Shown here piece after piece: positions 58,426 to 64,000 of a DNA stretch of 64,000 nt; positions within the stretch are counted from its first letter, which is position 1; each line of letters starts with the position of its first letter. The position numbers and the translations under genes were made by a program. Origin of the DNA: an uncultured Clostridia bacterium (GTDB lineage Bacteria > Bacillota > Clostridia > Christensenellales > Borkfalkiaceae); assembly GCA_934247935.1 (NCBI GenBank), contig CAKQKE010000003.1, positions 12,964 to 76,963 of the forward strand, given 5' to 3'. Below the pieces are notes generated by a model. It searched no databases. It saw only the letters and a program-made list of their open reading frames with translations, and was not told the DNA's origin.

Positions 58426-59619
58426 TTGAAAATTTGTGTCGCCGTATGCGAGTACAATCCCTTTCACAACGGGCATTTGTACCACTTGAATAAAATGAAA
58501 GAACTTACAGGGGCGGATTACGTCGCTATAATAATGAGCGGTAATTTTACCCAACGCGGCGAAATTGCCATACTCGATAAATATACTCGGGCAACGCATG
58601 CGATTTATGCCGGAGCGGACATCGTGTTTGAACTGCCCGCCGTGTTTGCAAGCGCAAGCGCAGAACCGTTCGCCACCGGCGCGATAAAACTTCTTTCCTC
58701 TTTAAACGGACAAAAAACGCTGTGTTTCGGCTGCGAAAACGGAAATAAGCAGACCTTTTTGTCCACAGCGAAAGTGTTGAACGAGGAAAGCAAAGAGTTT
58801 AAAACCCTTTTAAAAGAAGGACTCGAAAACGGCGTCACTTTGGCAAAAGCGAAGTCGGCGGCAATCGAAAGAATGAATCTCGTCGACACCGACGCAACTC
58901 TTTTATCTTCTTCAAACAACATTTTGGGTATAGAATACGTGCGGGCGATTTTGTCTCTTAAAAGCGATCTGGATATTTTGCCGTTGGCAAGAACGGGCGC
59001 GGCGTTTAACGACGAAAAAATGTATTCCGATTTTTCATCGGGCATGGCGATAAGAAAGGCTATCGAAAACGGAAACAAACGCTCGCTCAAAAAAAACGTG
59101 CCGCCATACGTGTATAGGTCTTTGCCCGCCGCTTTGCCCGACGGAAATGCCGTTCAACTGTACGCGCTTACCACAAACGAAACAAAGGACATAAAGAAAA
59201 TAGGAGACTGCACCGAAGGACTCGAAAACAGAATTAAGGCGTTTTTAAAAGAAAGCACGAGCGTGGACGAACTCATTTCAAAACTTGTGACAAAACGCTA
59301 CACTAAAACAAGACTTCAACGCATCGTTTTAAACAATATGCTCGACATCAAAAAGTCTTTCGTGGACAAATGTTTGCGTTCCGACTTATATTTAAAGGTG
59401 CTGGCGATAAATAAAAACTCGATTGCCCTTTTAAATAAACTGCAAGGCGAAAAAACCTATCCGTTTATTACGAGAAAAAGCGACGTAAAAAAACTTTCGT
59501 CCGTCGCAAAAGATTGTTTTGAAACGGACGTGAGAGCAAACGATATTTACTCTATTATATCGCACAACCCCACCAACGAATACGAAATGAAAATTATCGA
59601 CACAACCAAAAAAATTTGA
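58426..59619 (+). CDS. tmcAL: tRNA(Met) cytidine acetate ligase (YlbM/TmcAL, UPF0348); TTG start
   Basis: The N-terminus KICVAVCEYNPFHNGHLYHL is a nucleotidyltransferase HxGH motif. The length and C-terminal pattern match TmcAL. AAGGAG lies 6 nt before the TTG. Confidence 0.8.
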   Translation: MKICVAVCEYNPFHNGHLYHLNKMKELTGADYVAIIMSGNFTQRGEIAILDKYTRATHAIYAGADIVFELPAVFASASAEPFATGAIKLLSSLNGQKTLCFGCENGNKQTFLSTAKVLNEESKEFKTLLKEGLENGVTLAKAKSAAIERMNLVDTDATLLSSSNNILGIEYVRAILSLKSDLDILPLARTGAAFNDEKMYSDFSSGMAIRKAIENGNKRSLKKNVPPYVYRSLPAALPDGNAVQLYALTTNETKDIKKIGDCTEGLENRIKAFLKESTSVDELISKLVTKRYTKTRLQRIVLNNMLDIKKSFVDKCLRSDLYLKVLAINKNSIALLNKLQGEKTYPFITRKSDVKKLSSVAKDCFETDVRANDIYSIISHNPTNEYEMKIIDTTKKI

Positions 59620-59919
59620 TTTAATATACTTAATAGTGTTTTTAACTCTTTTTAAATTACCGTGCCGACTTTTCATTTTGCGGCATTGTCGTTTTGAGGA
59701 AATTAAATTTTAAAAGCGGCTTGTTTGTTTAAATTTACTTTTACAATCTTTCCGTCACGCGTTCCGTACTTCATCTTCCTTTGCTCAAGGAAGGCTGAAA
59801 ACTTAATCTGTTTCAGGCAGTAAAAATAAATATGCCACATTATTACTTTCAACCCTGCCGAGACCCAACAAATTTCAATTATATTCAGTGATAATTTTTC
59901 TTAATTGACAACATAAAAA

Positions 59920-59955
59920 GACCGTTTTGCGCGATACGTATCGCGCAAAACGGTC
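59920..59955. repeat. Copy J: perfect 36-bp palindrome, archetype of the family; A/T runs on both sides give it the form of a bidirectional terminator
   Basis: GACCGTTTTGCGCGATACGTATCGCGCAAAACGGTC, flanked by ATAAAAA and TGATTTTTTT. Confidence 0.85.
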
Positions 59956-60113
59956 TGATTTTTTTATATTTATATATTTTATTCCGCCGGAAAACGGCTT
60001 GATTTCAAATTAAAATACTCTTAATTCATAAACTTTTTCGTCGCTGTTTAAAACCTGAAACTTTTAATAACCATTGCAGATTTATTTGCCGTTTTTAAAA
60101 ATTTGACGCAAAA

Positions 60114-61148
60114 TTATTTTTTTACAGAGAACTTATAAGATGTCTTCGTGTGGTAAGTCTCGCCCGCTTTAAGCACCGAAGTTGGAAATTCTGGGCAGTT
60201 TACCGCATTGGGATAAACCTGCGTTTCGAGACAGAACGCACCTCTCCTGTTGTAAATTTTGCCGCACTTTCCTTTCACTCCGTCGAGGAAATTCCCCGTA
60301 TAAAGTTGCACGCCGGGAAGGTTTGTATAGCACTCCATAACAATGCCCGTATCTTCGCTGTACGCTTCGCCGTATTTTGTGAATTTACCGTTTGTGTTTA
60401 TGCAGAAATTATGATCATAACCGCCGCAAATTTTAAGTTGCTCGTTGTCGGCGTAAATGTCTTTACCGATCTTCTTTGCCTTTCTGAAATCAAACGGGGT
60501 ATTTTCAACCGCATAAAGTTTTCCTCTCGGAATAAGTCCGTTATCTACCGGCGTAATATAATCGGCGTCAAGCGTAAGATAAGTGTCGTACACTTCCGTT
60601 CCGCCGCCGTTCAAGTTGAAATAGCAGTGATTTGTAAGGTTGCAAAGCGTGTTTTTATCACTTTTTGCAAAGTATTCCAAAGTCAATTCTCCCTCGTTTG
60701 AAAGGGTGTAAACAACCTTAACTTCAAGCGTTCCGGGGTAATTCTCTTCTCCGTCGGGACTTACCGTCTCGAAAATCAACTTATCTCCGTCAATCGTTGC
60801 TTTCCATATTTTTTTATCAAAACCTTTCATTCCTCCGTGAAGGTGGTTAGTCCCGTCGTTTAAAGCGAGTTGATATTCTTTTCCGTCGAGAGTGAATTTA
60901 CCCTCGCCTATGCGGTTTCCGCATCTGCCGATGAGCGCGCCTATGTATCCGCCGTTGACTTCATAACCGTGCACGTCGTCGTAACCGAGTGCAACGTCTA
61001 CTATTTTACCCGTCTTATCGGGGACTCTTATTGCGTTGATAGTTCCGCCGAGGTTCATTATATCAACCTCGACCCCGCCCGCCGTAAGCGTGTATTTTAT
61101 CACTTCGTCGCCGTTTTGCGTTTTGCCGAAAACTTGTTGTTTAATCAT
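60114..61148 (-). CDS. galM: Aldose 1-epimerase (galactose mutarotase)
   Basis: NLTNHCYFNL, GGYDHNF and FCLETQ motifs. Confidence 0.9.
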   Translation of the reverse strand: MIKQQVFGKTQNGDEVIKYTLTAGGVEVDIMNLGGTINAIRVPDKTGKIVDVALGYDDVHGYEVNGGYIGALIGRCGNRIGEGKFTLDGKEYQLALNDGTNHLHGGMKGFDKKIWKATIDGDKLIFETVSPDGEENYPGTLEVKVVYTLSNEGELTLEYFAKSDKNTLCNLTNHCYFNLNGGGTEVYDTYLTLDADYITPVDNGLIPRGKLYAVENTPFDFRKAKKIGKDIYADNEQLKICGGYDHNFCINTNGKFTKYGEAYSEDTGIVMECYTNLPGVQLYTGNFLDGVKGKCGKIYNRRGAFCLETQVYPNAVNCPEFPTSVLKAGETYHTKTSYKFSVKK

Positions 61149-61854
61149 TGTTTTTGTCTCCTGATGTGCAATTTAATACGTTTTTTTGTTTTATAATACT
61201 GCCGTTGCCCCCTTTAAGAAGTTTGAGCAGATGTTTTTCGTCTTTAATTTTTTCGTTAAAAGCCATGCCGCCGAGATTTTCTTGCCCGCTCGTATGCAAA
61301 TCCGAACCGGAAGTTTTTATAAGTCCGTAAGCGTCGGCAAGCGTATTCGCAAGCGAATTTTCAACCTCTCTTCTGTTGGCGTTGTAAACCTCCAGACCGT
61401 CGCAATATTCCGCAAAAAGTCGCACGTGGTCGATATATCCGTCGCGCCTGTATGGGTGCGCCTGAACGGTAAGTCCTCCGTTTTCTTTTACGAAAAGAAT
61501 ACTCTCTTTCATACTCATTTGCATTATTTCGGGGTGCTTTTCATACCAATCGGGCATCAATCCGTAAAACAACACGTCAGTACCTTTATACGAAGATTCT
61601 ACCCCGAAAAACACGTCGAGACCTATTTTTTCGCCCTCTTTTTTACACTCGTAATAACCTTTTGAATATTCCTCGATTTGCCTTTTCCAAGGAAGCGACC
61701 TGTCCACGCCGGCATTGCCGTTTAAAAAATGATCGGTCACAAACACGCCTGTATATCCGTTGTCTTTATACAATTTAACGAGCGTAGGCGCGTCTATCGT
61801 GGCGCACCTGCTCACAAGCGAAGTATGGCAATGTAATTCGTATTTATATTTCAT
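61141..61854 (-). CDS. PHP-domain metal-dependent phosphoesterase
   Basis: The N-terminus YELHCHTSLVSRC...GVFVTDHF is a PHP motif. Confidence 0.8.
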   Translation of the reverse strand: MKYKYELHCHTSLVSRCATIDAPTLVKLYKDNGYTGVFVTDHFLNGNAGVDRSLPWKRQIEEYSKGYYECKKEGEKIGLDVFFGVESSYKGTDVLFYGLMPDWYEKHPEIMQMSMKESILFVKENGGLTVQAHPYRRDGYIDHVRLFAEYCDGLEVYNANRREVENSLANTLADAYGLIKTSGSDLHTSGQENLGGMAFNEKIKDEKHLLKLLKGGNGSIIKQKNVLNCTSGDKNND

Positions 61855-63272
61855 TTTATCTCTCTGAATGTATCTGATTTGCCGTTTTTACGCAATACGG
61901 TTGCTTTAAAGTTGGCTTTTAAGTACTCGTCGATAGCCTCTGCGCCTTTTTCGCCGTAGGCAACCGCATTAATGACGGTCGACGCTCCGCACACGAAATC
62001 TCCGCCAGCAAACACTCCTTTTACTTCCGTAGAAAGGTCTTCGCCGACGTCGGGATAACCATATTTATTCACTTCAAAACAATCTTCAAAACAATTTGTA
62101 TAAGCGTTTGCATCGCTGCCGATAGCCATAATGACACAATCGACGTCTATAGTAAAATTGCTGTTTTTAATCACGACGGGGCTGCGCCTGCCACTCGAAT
62201 CTTCTTCGCCGAGTTGCATTTTCACACACTCTGCTTTGTTTAGTCTTCCGTTTGAATCGGCGTGCAATTTGACGGGAGTCGTTAAAAACAAAAACTTAAT
62301 CCCCTCTTCTATTGCGTTTTGCACCTCTTCTTTTCGGGCAGGCAATTCGTTTTCCGTTCGTCTGTATATTATGGTTACGTTGCCCGTATGGCGTATCGCG
62401 GTACGCGCGGCGTCGATAGCCACGTTTCCGCCGCCGACAACGACTACTTTATCTCCTCGTTTCACTATTCTGCCCTGAGCGGTGTTTTTAAACAGTTTAG
62501 CCCTGTATAAATATTCGTTTGCCGAATATACTCCGAGCAAATTTTCACCCTCAATATTCATAAATCTGGACTTATTCGCCCCGATTGCGACGTATGCCGC
62601 AGCATAACCGTCGTCGAGCAAATCTTTTATCGTAAAAGCCTTACCCGCAACGGCGTCGGTCTCTACTTCGATTCCTTTTTGAATAAGTCTGTCTTGCAAA
62701 TCGAGTATAATTTCGTTGGGCAAACAAAACTCCGGTATACCGTAATAAAGTATTCCGCCGACGTGTTCCGCCGCCTCGAATAAAGTCACTTTATAACCCT
62801 TTTCTGCCAATTTTACGGCACACGTTATGCCCGAAGGACCTCCGCCTATAACCGCCACTTTTTGTTTGTCTCGGCTAAATGCGGCTTCGGTTTTTACTTT
62901 TTTATTGTGATAATCGGCGACAAACCTCTCCAATCTGCCGATTGCCAAAGGCTCTCCTTTTATTCCCCTTACGCACTTTGCCTCGCATTGTTTTTCTTGC
63001 GGACAAACTCTTCCGGTCACTGCGGGCAAAGGGTTTCTATCGCAAATTATTTCATACGCCTTTTCAAAATCGCCCATTGCAACTTCCCTTATAAATTCGG
63101 GTATTCTGTTGTGTATCGGGCAACCGTTTCTACAAGGTGCGTTTTTACAATTTAAACAACGCGCTGCCTCGCTTTTCGCCTCTTCCTCGGTATAGCCGAG
63201 TGCGACTTCGTTAAAGTTTTTTAGTCTCACCTTTAACTCTTGCTTTTGCATTGACACGCGTTTGTTTTCCAT
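61851..63272 (-). CDS. nfnB: GltD-like NAD(P)H oxidoreductase with N-terminal Fe-S motifs (NfnB / SudA type)
   Basis: CLNCKNAPC...CPIHNRIPEF, VAVIGGGPSG and VVVVGGGNVAIDAA motifs. Paired with an NfnA-like gene. Start at ATG 63272 (AAGAAAGGAAA RBS). Whether this is Nfn or sulfide dehydrogenase cannot be decided from sequence. Confidence 0.8.
   Translation of the reverse strand: MENKRVSMQKQELKVRLKNFNEVALGYTEEEAKSEAARCLNCKNAPCRNGCPIHNRIPEFIREVAMGDFEKAYEIICDRNPLPAVTGRVCPQEKQCEAKCVRGIKGEPLAIGRLERFVADYHNKKVKTEAAFSRDKQKVAVIGGGPSGITCAVKLAEKGYKVTLFEAAEHVGGILYYGIPEFCLPNEIILDLQDRLIQKGIEVETDAVAGKAFTIKDLLDDGYAAAYVAIGANKSRFMNIEGENLLGVYSANEYLYRAKLFKNTAQGRIVKRGDKVVVVGGGNVAIDAARTAIRHTGNVTIIYRRTENELPARKEEVQNAIEEGIKFLFLTTPVKLHADSNGRLNKAECVKMQLGEEDSSGRRSPVVIKNSNFTIDVDCVIMAIGSDANAYTNCFEDCFEVNKYGYPDVGEDLSTEVKGVFAGGDFVCGASTVINAVAYGEKGAEAIDEYLKANFKATVLRKNGKSDTFREIK
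61881..61911. repeat. Copy K (left arm intact, right arm diverged) of the palindrome family, lying inside the 3' end of the nfnB-like CDS
   Basis: GCCGTTTTTACGCAATACGGTTGCTTTAAAG. It shares an identical 19-mer with copies F and G. Confidence 0.65.
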
Positions 63273-63273
63273 G

Positions 63274-64000
63274 TTATTTCCTTTCTTCTTTACAACATTC
63301 TCCTGCTTTTTTGCATTTCGAATGTTTGTTAAGTTCGTCAAAATTTATTTCTTTCGCTAAAAAGCACGGACCGTCAACGCAAGCAAATTTAGTCTCGTTG
63401 CCAACATTTAATCTGCACCCGCCACACATCCCCATACCGTCAGTTATGACGCTATTGACGAATACGTATGCCGTAAAATTGTTATCGTTACACACCTGCG
63501 CCATTTCTTTCATAAACGAGTTTTCACCCGCAATAACAGCCGCGTCGTTGGTCTTAAATAAATAAGGCAACATCATTTTACAGTCATTTTGAGTATACAA
63601 TTCGTCGAAATAGTTTATGTAACGGCTTAAATACGGCGTTGACGAAGTGCACACAAAACAAACCTTTTTATTAAGGTGCTTGGCTTGTTTTGCCATTAAA
63701 CCGCAACTTGCGATTCCGTTTTCGTCGCACACGAGAAGAAGTCTTTTGCCCGCAGGCATAAACTCCTTACCCAAAGGAGCGCGTACTCCGAAAAGTTTAT
63801 CTCCTTCTTTTAGTTGCGACAATTTTTCATTTGTGCTTTTCACTATGAAAAACACGCTTGATTCAGACGCGTTTACGTCGGCGATAGGAAGAGCAAAACT
63901 CTCGTTTCCTTCACTAACGGTAATCAACGCGAATTGCCCGCTTTTTATCATGCCGACGTGCGGCATTTTTACTTGTATTGCTTTAAATTCACCCTCGCTT
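63274..64000 (-). CDS. nfnA: Ferredoxin-NADP reductase-like subunit with a C-terminal 2Fe-2S motif (NfnA / SudB type); the N-terminus runs off the window
   Basis: CGGCRLNVGNETKFACVDGPCF. The frame remains open upstream of the track Met (..SEGEFKAIQVKMPHVG..) to base 64000. Confidence 0.8.
   Translation of the reverse strand, partial: SEGEFKAIQVKMPHVGMIKSGQFALITVSEGNESFALPIADVNASESSVFFIVKSTNEKLSQLKEGDKLFGVRAPLGKEFMPAGKRLLLVCDENGIASCGLMAKQAKHLNKKVCFVCTSSTPYLSRYINYFDELYTQNDCKMMLPYLFKTNDAAVIAGENSFMKEMAQVCNDNNFTAYVFVNSVITDGMGMCGGCRLNVGNETKFACVDGPCFLAKEINFDELNKHSKCKKAGECCKEERK

Noticed and set aside
59920-59955. Reading the palindrome family as a LacI/PurR-type operator (ACGCAAACGTTTGCGT-like) or a CcpA cre.
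   Set aside because: The half-site spacing differs (TACGTA core rather than AACGTT). The copies sit 3' of genes rather than at promoters. About one copy per 6 kb is too frequent for a specific regulon.
1-64000. Search for CRISPR arrays, tRNA/rRNA genes, IS elements, integrases or prophage genes.
   Set aside because: None were recognised. The only repeats are the LRR coding repeats, the short palindrome family and small direct repeats. No transposase- or integrase-like ORF is present.

Overview
Chromosomal segment from a low-GC, spore-forming Firmicutes/Clostridia-like bacterium, as suggested by the spoIVFA/spoIVFB pair and by gene order and content. Most genes are on the minus strand. Layout: (1) 1-15 kb is cell-envelope and accessory genes: a BspA-type LRR lipoprotein that runs off the left edge, a galactokinase-like GHMP kinase, two tandem small paralogs, a beta-propeller lipoprotein coupled to a short Lgt-like protein, a YgjP/DUF45 metallopeptidase, an 890-aa membrane protein, a GtrB-like GT2 and a TetR regulator. 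(2) 15.1-29.9 kb is a complete S10-spc-alpha ribosomal cluster (rpsJ to rplQ, with secY, adk, infA, rpmJ, rpoA). It lacks map and has a long structured leader. (3) 30.7-37.4 kb holds GH31, spoIVFA/FB, pyridoxamine kinase and uppP. (4) 37.6-50 kb is an arabinose-type glycan utilisation locus: a giant SGNH esterase lipoprotein, GH43, an ABC importer, a GH127-like enzyme and a divergent AraC regulator. (5) 50.3-52.9 kb is a solitary MmeI-family enzyme whose nuclease motif looks degenerate. (6) 53.2-64 kb holds rpmF-yceD, ydbS/T-like genes, ackA-pta, tmcAL, galM, a PHP phosphoesterase and nfnAB-like genes. No rRNA, tRNA, CRISPR array, IS element or prophage was recognised. I did not find a clear multi-gene novel system. 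The most unusual signals are: a recurring 30-36 bp palindrome family (core ATACGTAT flanked by TTTTAC/GTAAAA) placed just after stop codons; the nuclease-motif-less MmeI homolog; structured leaders with terminator-like hairpins before the LRR lipoprotein gene and the S10 operon; direct-repeat candidate operators inside the glycan locus; and lineage-specific ribosomal protein expansions (Cys4 L24, long L17). All functional calls come from reading the translated ORFs and from remembered family motifs. No database search was run.
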